Source: a virus
DNA: 50,337 bases
Strand: one strand, 5' to 3'
IMG/VR virus record: IMGVR_UViG_3300045988_027632
Shown here: one piece after another, positions 33,766-42,411 of the stretch
Position numbering within the stretch: the stretch's first letter is position 1
How the letters are laid out: every line of letters begins with the position of its first letter
Program-made: the position numbers and the translations under genes
Notes under the pieces: model-generated
Database searches by the model: none
The model's input: only the letters and a program-made list of their open reading frames with translations
What the model was told of the DNA's origin: nothing

Positions 33766-34125
33766 TTAGAAACGCTTCAGAATGTTGAACAGGCCGGAAA
33801 GGGCTTTAGCGGTTTCTTTTGCTTCCTCCATTTTGGCCCGTTCCTCGTCAGTAGGGGTGAACCCCTCAACCGGCTTGAACAAATCATCCGTCAGAATGGT
33901 GTCAAACAGGTTGTCGAAGGCCGCTTCTGCCATCAGGTCACAGAAATCATCATGCTTGTTGGCATACATGGTCAGGGCTTCTTTTGCGGCCAGCTTGTGA
34001 ATGGCAATCAGGGCTTCCGGCTCAACACCGGGCGGGGGGGGGATCAGGTTTGCGGCAACGGTAAGTTTGCGGAAAAGGCCCCGCTTTTCCATTTCCTCTT
34101 TGAACTTCTTCATGGAATCGCACAT
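33766..34125 (-). CDS. Hypothetical protein
   Basis: 119-aa ORF. A G9 tract encodes PPPP in frame. Confidence 0.55.
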   Translation of the reverse strand: MCDSMKKFKEEMEKRGLFRKLTVAANLIPPPPGVEPEALIAIHKLAAKEALTMYANKHDDFCDLMAEAAFDNLFDTILTDDLFKPVEGFTPTDEERAKMEEAKETAKALSGLFNILKRF

Positions 34126-34137
34126 GGTTTTTACCTC

Positions 34138-34491
34138 CTAAATCTGATTGGAAATGATCTTTCCGATTTCCCTCACGGAATGGGCGATCTTTTGACGGTT
34201 CACCCGGTTCCCTTGAAGAACTTCCATAATTGCGGCGGCTTCCGTCTGAATATCCTGAAAGGCCCTGCGGTTGCTCTCCAAGTCGCTTTCATAAGCGGTC
34301 AAGTCGGTGTCAACCTTGGCTTGGGTATAATCAGCGGCTTTTTCCGCCTGTTCTACATGAGTTCTCAACCACTTTGCGGCATCATACCCCATGCAATCTT
34401 CCACCAGTTCCAAGAAGTGGCGGAACTCAAACAGCGTGTGAACCGAACCATCTTTCAGGCTGACCACACAAGGGCAAGGATCAATCTTCAT
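34138..34491 (-). CDS. Hypothetical protein
   Basis: 117-aa ORF. ATGA start/stop overlap with the upstream gene. Confidence 0.55.
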   Translation of the reverse strand: MKIDPCPCVVSLKDGSVHTLFEFRHFLELVEDCMGYDAAKWLRTHVEQAEKAADYTQAKVDTDLTAYESDLESNRRAFQDIQTEAAAIMEVLQGNRVNRQKIAHSVREIGKIISNQI

Positions 34492-36374
34492 CAGGCATCA
34501 CGCTTCTTCCGGGTGCGCCGGGGCGGGTTCACATCCATCATGGGTGCGGGTTCCTGTTCCTCGGTCTTGGGGCGATCCCATAGGGGGCAAGCATCGGGGC
34601 CGCCTTCCTTGTGGCAATGGTGGCCGGCATCAATGTTGGGGCAAAGGGGGATTTCCGGGTTTTCGTTGTGCTGGGCAAAAATCCGATCCCCGTCAGGGCA
34701 TTTGGGAAGGACTTCCGGCTCGGTCTGTTCCTGCGGAATGTCAGGATCACCAGCTGCCGCCCGGTCAGCATCTTCCACGGCTTCCGGGTCAGGGGCCGGG
34801 GCTTCTTCCTCTTTGGGCTTCCGGCCCCTTCTGGTGGGCCGCTGTTCGCCGCTGTCAGCCGTTTCCGGTGCCGGGGTAGCTGGGGTATTACCGCCGTGTT
34901 TCATGGCTCCTGCGGCCCGCTGGTTGGCTTCCTCGTAGACCTCACAGAAGGCTTCATAATCCAGCGGGATTTCCTTATTGCGGACAGTCAGCCGCCCACC
35001 ACCAAAGATCACTTCCGAAGTCTTGAAGGACAGAACCCGGTCATTATCATCCGCCACAATCCGGGCCACAAGGTCAACCATACCAGCAACCTTGTTAGCA
35101 ACCTTTTCCCGAAGGTTCGGGCGGATAGAACTGATCTTGTCACCACTCTTGCGGGTCAGGTCACGGCTTCTGTCCTCATGGCTGATCAGGATGATGTTTT
35201 CATAGTCCAAATCCACCAGCCGCTTGATGGTGTTCAGGAATTCAGAAGTCACCATATCCCAAGCCCGGAAGGAATCATCACTTTCATGTTTCCAGCCCTG
35301 CCGATCACAGATATACACCCGGCAAGCCTCGTAGGTATCTTCCAACAGGTCAACCACAATGGTTTTGAAATCGTTCTGCTTCTTTTCCAGTTCGGCCACA
35401 GCATCGGAAAAAACTTCCCAAGCCAAGTGCCGCTTGGTCAACCGGCCTTCCACCGTCACCGTGTCCCGGATTGCGATATAGGGGGCATCAACAAACTTGA
35501 TGTTGCCATCCGTATTCAGCATCAGGGGATCAGGAAACTGGTTGGCAAAGAAGGTCTTGCCGCTGAAGGGTGCGCCATAAATCCACACAACCTTCTTCTT
35601 GGTGGCGTTCAAATTGCGCCGTTCATTTTTGGGGAGAATCATATAATCCCATCCTTTCTGACAATATTCTTCATACTCACACCACCCGCAAAAGTGGTTC
35701 GGGTTCTTGGGAAACTCGGTTTCTTCAACCATGTGTTTTACATCGGTCAGGAAATCCACAACCTTGTAAAGATTGAAGGGAACCTGTTCAAGCCACGGTT
35801 CAGCCCCGTTCAGGGCTTCCCGCAACCTATCCCGGAATTGGGCCAAGGTTTCTGTTTTCTTCTGCCTGATCTTCACCTTGGGAACAAACAGAAAATACAT
35901 ATTCCTGATCCGGTGTCCGGGGTGGGTCAGTTCATAGAAATACTTGTATTCATGCAACTGACCGGAAACCATGTAGCTTTTGGAATTGCTGGAATATTTG
36001 AAGTCGTACAGATCAAAGGTTCCTTTATCCACCGGGGCCAGATAATCCATGAACCCGATGAAGTCAGAATTGCCAATGGGAAGTTCAAAGGTTCCGCCCG
36101 GTGGTAACAGGGCCTTTGCTTTGGGGATCAGGGCTTCCAGCTTCATCATTTCATGAATGTGATCATCCGTCAGAATGGGGAAGCTGTTGGTGTAAAAGTC
36201 CAAAGCCTGATCCACGCCTTCTTCAATTCCAGTGTGAAGGGCCGTCCCCAAAATCAAGGCGTTGTCCGGCTCCATGTTCGGGATGGTGTCTAATCCCTCA
36301 ACATATCGCAACTGGTATTTGAAAGGGCAACGGTTGAAACTTTCAACACGGCTATGGGAACATCTTGTGGACAC
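34491..36374 (-). CDS. Fusion protein: PD-(D/E)XK (Cas4/RecB-like) nuclease + AAA_24-type ATPase + low-complexity Cys/His-containing tail
   Basis: 627 aa. N-terminus ..SRVESFNRCPFKYQLRYVEGL.. with a C-x-C-containing nuclease end (FCGWCEYEEYC). Walker A IYGAPFSGKT. Pro/Glu-rich tail with CPDG..CPNIDAGHHCHKEGGPDACP. Confidence 0.7.
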   Translation of the reverse strand: MSTRCSHSRVESFNRCPFKYQLRYVEGLDTIPNMEPDNALILGTALHTGIEEGVDQALDFYTNSFPILTDDHIHEMMKLEALIPKAKALLPPGGTFELPIGNSDFIGFMDYLAPVDKGTFDLYDFKYSSNSKSYMVSGQLHEYKYFYELTHPGHRIRNMYFLFVPKVKIRQKKTETLAQFRDRLREALNGAEPWLEQVPFNLYKVVDFLTDVKHMVEETEFPKNPNHFCGWCEYEEYCQKGWDYMILPKNERRNLNATKKKVVWIYGAPFSGKTFFANQFPDPLMLNTDGNIKFVDAPYIAIRDTVTVEGRLTKRHLAWEVFSDAVAELEKKQNDFKTIVVDLLEDTYEACRVYICDRQGWKHESDDSFRAWDMVTSEFLNTIKRLVDLDYENIILISHEDRSRDLTRKSGDKISSIRPNLREKVANKVAGMVDLVARIVADDNDRVLSFKTSEVIFGGGRLTVRNKEIPLDYEAFCEVYEEANQRAAGAMKHGGNTPATPAPETADSGEQRPTRRGRKPKEEEAPAPDPEAVEDADRAAAGDPDIPQEQTEPEVLPKCPDGDRIFAQHNENPEIPLCPNIDAGHHCHKEGGPDACPLWDRPKTEEQEPAPMMDVNPPRRTRKKRDA

Positions 36375-36715
36375 GATTTCACCCCCTTTATCATAGTTTT
36401 GAATGTGTTGAACCCTTCCGGGTAAAGCACCATTGCTATTCCGCCGCTGTTATTGATTTGGCGGATATTGCGCTTTTGAAGTTCTGAAGGGGTGCCGTTG
36501 GTGGCCTTCAGTTCCACTTCAAAGGCTATCCCATTCACAACAACCCGCATATCAGGAAGGCCACTTTTCACATACCTTCCGCCGCCCCAACGCTTTTCCC
36601 AATACCCACAGGGGGCAACGGGCATTTGGTCTTTTGGGTGCCCCAACGGATAAATCCCTTCACTTTCCAACCAGCGTTTCAGGCGGTTTTCAAAGTTCTT
36701 TTCACCGGCCATCAA
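36290..36715 (-). CDS. VRR-NUC-type nuclease
   Basis: 141 aa. GLPDMRVVVNGIAFEVELK fits the PD-(D/E)xK core of VRR-NUC. The 3' end overlaps the next gene by 85 nt. Confidence 0.65.
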   Translation of the reverse strand: MMAGEKNFENRLKRWLESEGIYPLGHPKDQMPVAPCGYWEKRWGGGRYVKSGLPDMRVVVNGIAFEVELKATNGTPSELQKRNIRQINNSGGIAMVLYPEGFNTFKTMIKGVKSCPQDVPIAVLKVSTVALSNTSCDMLRD

Positions 36716-36930
36716 TACACCCCTTCTTGGTGAAGCGCCCCGGCCCGTTCAAAGTGATCAAACACCAGTTTTTCACCATCCAGCGTGTAAACAGGGGCGC
36801 TTTCATTGGAATTGCAAAGGCGCAAAGCGGTTAAGTCAAGCCACATTTCCTTCCCGTTGCGCTCCAATCGGCAATACTGGTGGCGGCGCTTTCCTTCAGG
36901 GGGAAACATCTTCCTGATTTCATCTTCCAT
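36712..36930 (-). CDS. Hypothetical protein
   Basis: 72-aa ORF, coupled to neighbours. Confidence 0.5.
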   Translation of the reverse strand: MEDEIRKMFPPEGKRRHQYCRLERNGKEMWLDLTALRLCNSNESAPVYTLDGEKLVFDHFERAGALHQEGVY

Positions 36931-36934
36931 CGGC

Positions 36935-37219
36935 TCACCCCTCCAAAATCTTGATCAGGTTGTGAATCCCACGGGTTTGAAGGCCCTGAATTTTTCCGGT
37001 GCCAGCGTAGAACTGAAACAGTTGATCATCAGACTTCCGCCAGCAATGAAAGTGGCCGGTCTGCGGGTTCTTCAACTGGTATTCAATCCCGTGGGTTTCA
37101 AACTGCTGGATAGCATAGGCGATCCGGTCAGGGTTCTTGGAAACCCGGTCTTTGTGGTTTTGTCGGGCGTGTTCCTTCAAGGCGTCCCAAAATTCATCCC
37201 TTGGCATTGGCTCCACCAT
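36935..37219 (-). CDS. Hypothetical protein
   Basis: 94-aa ORF. Confidence 0.5.
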   Translation of the reverse strand: MVEPMPRDEFWDALKEHARQNHKDRVSKNPDRIAYAIQQFETHGIEYQLKNPQTGHFHCWRKSDDQLFQFYAGTGKIQGLQTRGIHNLIKILEG

Positions 37220-37661
37220 CCTTCAGGGTGATTTTCACATAACCGGCCTTGGGATTAGGTTTGGAGCATTCCGCCGCAATAGCGGGATATTTTTTCTTCA
37301 GCTTGGCGGAATCAATAGTGGTGGAATTGCTTGGTGCAACCAAGGTCAGGTTCAGCACATCACTTTCAAACTTCTTCACTCCAAACTTCATCATGGCATC
37401 ATACAGGGCCGCTTTCATGGCCTTTTCCTGTTCTTCAATGGCCTTCTTGTGGACAGTCAGCGAAGCAATAGCGTTCAGGGTGGCAAGCTGGGATTGCTGG
37501 AAAGCCTGAAGCCCTGCTTCTTCATCGAACTTGGCTTGTCCGCATTTCTCCGGGTTTTCCGGGCAACCATCAGCACAGGAAGCCCGATCCGGGCAGAAAT
37601 TGCAACACCCATCAAACTTGCCAAAGGGACACGGGTTTTCACATTTGGTCATTGTCTGCAC
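37194..37661 (-). CDS. Hypothetical protein with Cys-rich N-terminus
   Basis: 155 aa. CENPCPFGKFDGCCNFCPDRASCADGCPENPEKC, followed by a helical region. Confidence 0.5.
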   Translation of the reverse strand: MQTMTKCENPCPFGKFDGCCNFCPDRASCADGCPENPEKCGQAKFDEEAGLQAFQQSQLATLNAIASLTVHKKAIEEQEKAMKAALYDAMMKFGVKKFESDVLNLTLVAPSNSTTIDSAKLKKKYPAIAAECSKPNPKAGYVKITLKDGGANAKG

Positions 37662-38229
37662 CTTCTTTCATGTAAACATCGTGATATTGAAGCCCAAATT
37701 CAAGGGCGGCTTGGTGATCGTCAAAGTAAATATCCACAAGGTTTTCCCCGTACTTGTCCACCACCCATGAAGCGGTTCTATCCTGTACTATGTAGGTTCC
37801 AACCCCTTCAACCTTCAAGACAGTTCCGAAAGGCAACGGGGAAGCACAGGAAACACCAGCAACCAGCGGTTCACCGGAAGCCCCGTACACGATCCCATTA
37901 GGGCGGTTCTCTGCCCATTGCCCACAGCAGATTTCACAGGCACAGTAAGCCGTTACCCTGAATTCTCCCAAATACACTGGTTCCGGCTCCACAGGCTCCA
38001 AAGAAATTTCCGGGGTTGGGATCACAGTTTGGGTGGGCTGAATATCAACCGTTTGGGAAGGCTCGGTGTCCGGCTCTACCGTAGTTCTGCCGAAGGCATG
38101 GGCCGTGAACCGGCCAAGGAAGAAACCAACCACCAGCCCCATCAGAAGGGCCACGGTGAACATTCTGCGGAACCATTGGTTCCGTTTAGCCCTTTGGGTG
38201 CCCTTCCTCGTATTTTCTGAACAGTTCAT
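37639..38229 (-). CDS. Membrane-anchored 3D-domain (RlpA/MltA-like double-psi barrel) protein
   Basis: 196 aa. TM segment FTVALLMGLVVGFFLGRF. C-terminus FRVTAYCACEICCG...GTVLKVEGVGTYIVQDR...DIYFDDH is typical of 3D domains. Confidence 0.65.
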   Translation of the reverse strand: MNCSENTRKGTQRAKRNQWFRRMFTVALLMGLVVGFFLGRFTAHAFGRTTVEPDTEPSQTVDIQPTQTVIPTPEISLEPVEPEPVYLGEFRVTAYCACEICCGQWAENRPNGIVYGASGEPLVAGVSCASPLPFGTVLKVEGVGTYIVQDRTASWVVDKYGENLVDIYFDDHQAALEFGLQYHDVYMKEGADNDQM

Positions 38230-39535
38230 CGTTATAGTCCTTTCTCATTTGAAGGGTGGAATAAATATCTTCTTCCACCGTCCCCGGACAGATCATCCAG
38301 TAATAGAAGCAAGGGCGATTTTGACCGATCCGGTGAATGCGTTTTTGGGATTGCTCCCACAGTTCCCAACCTTGGGGAAGGCTGAAATAAATAATTTTGT
38401 TGGCTTTTTGGAAGTTGCCCCCCATAGCCCCGGCCTGATACTGAATGAAAGTCACGGAATTGGAATGGAAGTTGTAAGCGCCCAAATCCTTCACTTCACC
38501 AGATAGGATGGAAACAGGCCGGTTCATAGCTTTTACAATCCCCTTCATCCGCTCCATTTCTTCCGTGAAGTTATAGAACACAATCAGGCGATCTTCCGTA
38601 CTCTCCACCAACTCCCTAAAGGCTTTGTAACGGTGGGGGTTATACAGGCCGCAAAGCTGACGGGCATACAGGCGGCGGGTTAAACTGGTATCACCAATCA
38701 ATTCCCTTTCGGCATCTTCATTGGAACCCCAAAAATCTGAATCAAGTTCAAATTCCTGAAGCGTGGTGGTGTTGATACTCACCACCCGTTCCCGCCAGAA
38801 CTTCCAATATTCCTTTGCCGGGGGCATTTTCACCGGGATCATGGTCTTTTCGGGAAGGTCAATCCCGGCATCAGCGGTGGTCATAAACACGGCCCCATAT
38901 TCGGCCAGCTTCTTTTTCAGCCGGTCAACATTCTTGTAACCGGTGATTTTCTGCCGCCAAAAACCATCTTCTTCAACCCATTCCGTTTCAATGTACTGCT
39001 TCCAAAACAGTTCCTTTGATATGTTCCATCCCAAAAGGCGGCATTGGCTCCACAGCTTTTCATATTTGCCCCCGGTGGGGGTGCCGGAAAGAAGGATCAC
39101 ATTGTCAGGCTTCAGGCCAAGAATGAACTTTGACCGCTTGGCATTCTCATTCTGAATCAGGGAACTTTCATCAAGCATCAGCGTAAACCCGGAAAGGGTT
39201 TTCAGAATCTTCCGCCTGAAGGTCAGTTCATAGTTGATCACGCCAATCATCAGGGTTGGAACTTCACACCGAACCTGTTCCATGAACCATTTGAAGGTTT
39301 TGGGGTTGGTCAGATCAAAGACACAGTTCCGGGTGTAGTAGGCTTGAAAATGTTCAATCCAATCTGAAACCTTTGAACACTGACACACCACAAGATTGAT
39401 CCGGGTGTTCAGTTCCTTCATTTTCTCTGAACCAACAAAGGTTTTCCCAAGGCCCATATCAAGGTAATAGGCGCATCGGTTGTGGCCTTCTGTCAGGTCA
39501 AGGGCCTTTTGTTGGTGCTGAAACAGTGTGATCAT
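38186..39535 (-). CDS. SNF2-family helicase
   Basis: 449 aa. Motif I LDMGLGKTF, motif II LMLDESSLIQN, C-terminal helicase lobe (..QSQKRIHRIGQ..). Confidence 0.85.
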   Translation of the reverse strand: MITLFQHQQKALDLTEGHNRCAYYLDMGLGKTFVGSEKMKELNTRINLVVCQCSKVSDWIEHFQAYYTRNCVFDLTNPKTFKWFMEQVRCEVPTLMIGVINYELTFRRKILKTLSGFTLMLDESSLIQNENAKRSKFILGLKPDNVILLSGTPTGGKYEKLWSQCRLLGWNISKELFWKQYIETEWVEEDGFWRQKITGYKNVDRLKKKLAEYGAVFMTTADAGIDLPEKTMIPVKMPPAKEYWKFWRERVVSINTTTLQEFELDSDFWGSNEDAERELIGDTSLTRRLYARQLCGLYNPHRYKAFRELVESTEDRLIVFYNFTEEMERMKGIVKAMNRPVSILSGEVKDLGAYNFHSNSVTFIQYQAGAMGGNFQKANKIIYFSLPQGWELWEQSQKRIHRIGQNRPCFYYWMICPGTVEEDIYSTLQMRKDYNDELFRKYEEGHPKG

Positions 39536-40041
39536 TGAACCTGAACCACTTCACCCAAAACCTTCTTGGCGTGGGTGGTAGAACCAAACAGCTTCTTCAC
39601 CACGGCGGCACAGAACCCGGCGTAGTAGTCGTATGTATCACCAGCACCACAGGAAACAATGGTTTTAGTGCCATCCGCCCACAGAACAATAGTTTTCGGG
39701 CCGCTGAAGATAACCTTCTTCACAGGGGGAACCCCGGTATGATGAAGGCCGAAACTGCACCGGAAATTCCGGGACGGGGCAACGATTTTAGAAAGGCTCT
39801 CATTCAGGCTTCCCCAAAAATCGGGAACATAGGGGGCATCAGCCGGGGCCAGCTTATCTTCCGAAAACCAGAACAGGCCCTTGGAACTTGCGTCATTCTG
39901 AATCTGCTCCAACTCCACGCCAGCCTTCTTCTTGCTGGAATAGTAATTTCGAACCACACCGACACAGCCGGTATATTTGCCGCCATACTCGGCATTGGGA
40001 AGCACCTTCACGGCCATTCCAATATTCAACATCTTGATCAT
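39532..40041 (-). CDS. Hypothetical protein
   Basis: 169-aa ORF. ATGA overlap with the SNF2 start. Confidence 0.55.
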   Translation of the reverse strand: MIKMLNIGMAVKVLPNAEYGGKYTGCVGVVRNYYSSKKKAGVELEQIQNDASSKGLFWFSEDKLAPADAPYVPDFWGSLNESLSKIVAPSRNFRCSFGLHHTGVPPVKKVIFSGPKTIVLWADGTKTIVSCGAGDTYDYYAGFCAAVVKKLFGSTTHAKKVLGEVVQVQ

Positions 40042-40310
40042 CCTTTCTTTCCGGTCAGCCGGACAATATAGATACAGTTCTTCACACGGTAGGCATCATA
40101 CTTTTTCGCCGCCGTCTGGTTCCACTTGCGCTTGTGGCTGGAAATGGTGGCCAACTTGTTTTTGGCTCCCTGATCGGTTTCATACTCGAAACACATATTC
40201 TTTGCGTTGCCGCTGGTCAGAAAATCTTCAATGGCTTTGACTTCCTCACTCTTAACACCGCCATTGAAACTGCCCTTGGGCGGGGCCTGAACATTGTATT
40301 TGATTTCCAT
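40038..40310 (-). CDS. Hypothetical protein
   Basis: 90-aa ORF. RBS gaaggtga. Confidence 0.55.
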   Translation of the reverse strand: MEIKYNVQAPPKGSFNGGVKSEEVKAIEDFLTSGNAKNMCFEYETDQGAKNKLATISSHKRKWNQTAAKKYDAYRVKNCIYIVRLTGKKG

Positions 40311-40322
40311 TACTTCACCTTC

Positions 40323-40709
40323 TTACAAAATTTCCGGGGCCGCTATCGTGTCGATAAATAGCAAATCTTCAGTTCCGGGGATAGGATCATACAGGCTGAC
40401 GGCTTGGGGTTCTTTGGCCCTCTTGCGCCGCTCATTTCCAATGGCTGACCGCATGGCATTACAGGCCACAGTGACAAACTTCACTTTCTGAAGATCAGGA
40501 AGGGCAAACCACCGTTTCACACTGATCAGATACCGGAAGATCACCACATCAAACCATTCCGCCCGGTCAAGGCCCTGTTGATCCAAGTACCACCAAACAA
40601 TATTGATGTTGTCCGTGGCGAATTGGGCTTCTTTCGGGGTAAGGGGGCGTTCATAGAACGATTTAGGCAACCGCACACCGCCGCCCACTTCATTCTTTGC
40701 CGGTTTCAC
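40323..40709 (-). CDS. Hypothetical protein (weakly sigma-region-2-like)
   Basis: 128 aa. GTG start lies 5 nt after a G10 tract that acts as the SD. The functional guess is weak. Confidence 0.4.
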   Translation of the reverse strand: MKPAKNEVGGGVRLPKSFYERPLTPKEAQFATDNINIVWWYLDQQGLDRAEWFDVVIFRYLISVKRWFALPDLQKVKFVTVACNAMRSAIGNERRKRAKEPQAVSLYDPIPGTEDLLFIDTIAAPEIL

Positions 40710-40729
40710 TCATTCCCCCCCCCCAATCG

Positions 40730-41164
40730 TCAGGCAGTCAAGCCAAAGAAGTTGTTGAACACTTCAGCGCCCACATACTCCTTGAACTTGGTGGGGTTAA
40801 TATAGTAATTCCAGTTGTTCCCGGTGCCGGGAACCGCATTCCCAAAGGGAAGAAGCCCACGCTGAAGGCCGATCCGCACAAACTGATCAGATTTCCCCAT
40901 GCACCGGGCCGCTTCCTTCACGCTGATCTTCTTCACCGGGGGCGGGGCATCCTTCACCGGGGCGGCTCCATAGCCCATCAGAAAATCAAAGGTAACGCCA
41001 GTAGCATCAGCCAGCGCCTTGATCTTGTTCACGCTGGGGGTGTTCTTCCCGGAAAGATACTGACTGATTGCGGCCTTGGAAGCCCCGGCCTTCTCGGAAA
41101 GGGCGGATTGGCTCATGTCGGCCTGTTCCATTGCGTACTTCAAACGCTCTGCAAAAGTGTTCAC
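40730..41164 (-). CDS. XRE-family HTH DNA-binding protein
   Basis: 144 aa. ..MSQSALSEKAGASKAAISQYLSGKNTPSVNKIKALADATGV.. GTG start with RBS aggagg. Confidence 0.75.
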   Translation of the reverse strand: MNTFAERLKYAMEQADMSQSALSEKAGASKAAISQYLSGKNTPSVNKIKALADATGVTFDFLMGYGAAPVKDAPPPVKKISVKEAARCMGKSDQFVRIGLQRGLLPFGNAVPGTGNNWNYYINPTKFKEYVGAEVFNNFFGLTA

Positions 41165-41176
41165 GCTTATAACCTC

Positions 41177-42040
41177 CTATTTGTTTTTTTTTTGCGGGAA
41201 ACCTGCTTCTTCAAGCCGTTTCCGAAGTGCTGACATAAATTCACGGGTTCGGTTGATTGGAAGGCCAGCGGCCAACCGTTCTTCCTCAAAAGCAAAGCGG
41301 ATTTCCAGTTGGTCAACCGTATAATCCGCCCGGAAGGTTCTCCAAGTGCGGTGTTCCATATCCAGCAACCTTGCCCACAGATCAGGAAAATTCTTTCGTA
41401 GCTTTCGCAATTCATCAAGGCTCTGAAGGGGACAACACCAACAGGAAACCCGGTGAAAGACTTCATACAAGCCGCCCCAATCAAACCCGGCTTCATAGCA
41501 ATACTTCAGGCAATCCGCTTCAGTCCAACCCCATTCCGCCAATGGGTGACGGTGTTCCGGGTTCTGGTTATGTTCCCGTTTTAATCGGGCCTGTTCATCA
41601 GCGGCAAGGCCGATAAGCTGAATAATGCTGTATTGGCTCCGTAAATCTTCCAAATACTTATTGATCACTCTGGTTTTCAGTTCCTTGGTACACCATCTCG
41701 CCCTTGGCCCCGGCCAACTCCAACCGGATTTATCCTTCAAAGCAGGGTTGCTCCGCTTTGGTTGATACTCAAACATGAAATATTCAAAAGATTTTTCATG
41801 CTTCAGCCGTGTGAACTTAATCCCGGCTCCGGTGAAAATCTGTTCAAGGCGGTTGATATGCTCAACCATTGCGGGAAACTCCATTCCAGTGTCACAATAA
41901 ATGACTTCATGAAGGGGATATGTAACCGGGTCTTGCTGGTGGCGCTTCAGCCATTCAAGGCCAAGGGCCGTGGAATCTTTGCCGCCTGAAAGGGACAGAA
42001 CCCAATATTCAGGTTGGGGGGGGGTATTAGGTGCATACAT
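41177..42040 (-). CDS. PAPS-reductase-like PP-loop ATPase family protein
   Basis: PP-loop LSLSGGKDST. ATG 42040 has RBS gggaggg with a 6-nt spacer; the track start 42055 overlaps the upstream gene. Confidence 0.75.
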   Translation of the reverse strand: MYAPNTPPQPEYWVLSLSGGKDSTALGLEWLKRHQQDPVTYPLHEVIYCDTGMEFPAMVEHINRLEQIFTGAGIKFTRLKHEKSFEYFMFEYQPKRSNPALKDKSGWSWPGPRARWCTKELKTRVINKYLEDLRSQYSIIQLIGLAADEQARLKREHNQNPEHRHPLAEWGWTEADCLKYCYEAGFDWGGLYEVFHRVSCWCCPLQSLDELRKLRKNFPDLWARLLDMEHRTWRTFRADYTVDQLEIRFAFEEERLAAGLPINRTREFMSALRKRLEEAGFPQKKNK

Positions 42041-42042
42041 CT

Positions 42043-42411
42043 TCAACCCTCCCAATACTGATCAACCAGCTTGTGGGCCAGTTCCGGCCCAAGGGTCTGA
42101 ACCCAATCTTTTCGGGCTTGCTTGGCTTCATCTTCCTTTTCGGCATCTTCCGCCACATAATCCCGGTTCAAGGTGTCGGGGTGGTAATAGCGGACAATGG
42201 GGGTTCCACCATCCACATTGGCAATGGTCAGTTTGATCCGGCCATTGTGGTTGAACCAGTCGTTTTCACACCGGATTTCCAGCCCCTCCGGGCCGGTGGA
42301 AGCCTTGAAGATTGCCACATCAGACGGGGTGGCTTCCTGCTTGATATTCAGCCGGGGGTGAATCCGGCTGATCAGTTCCCAAGCCTTCCGCTTGGTCAGC
42401 TTCACATTCAT
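42043..42411 (-). CDS. Hypothetical protein
   Basis: 122-aa ORF. Confidence 0.55.
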   Translation of the reverse strand: MNVKLTKRKAWELISRIHPRLNIKQEATPSDVAIFKASTGPEGLEIRCENDWFNHNGRIKLTIANVDGGTPIVRYYHPDTLNRDYVAEDAEKEDEAKQARKDWVQTLGPELAHKLVDQYWEG

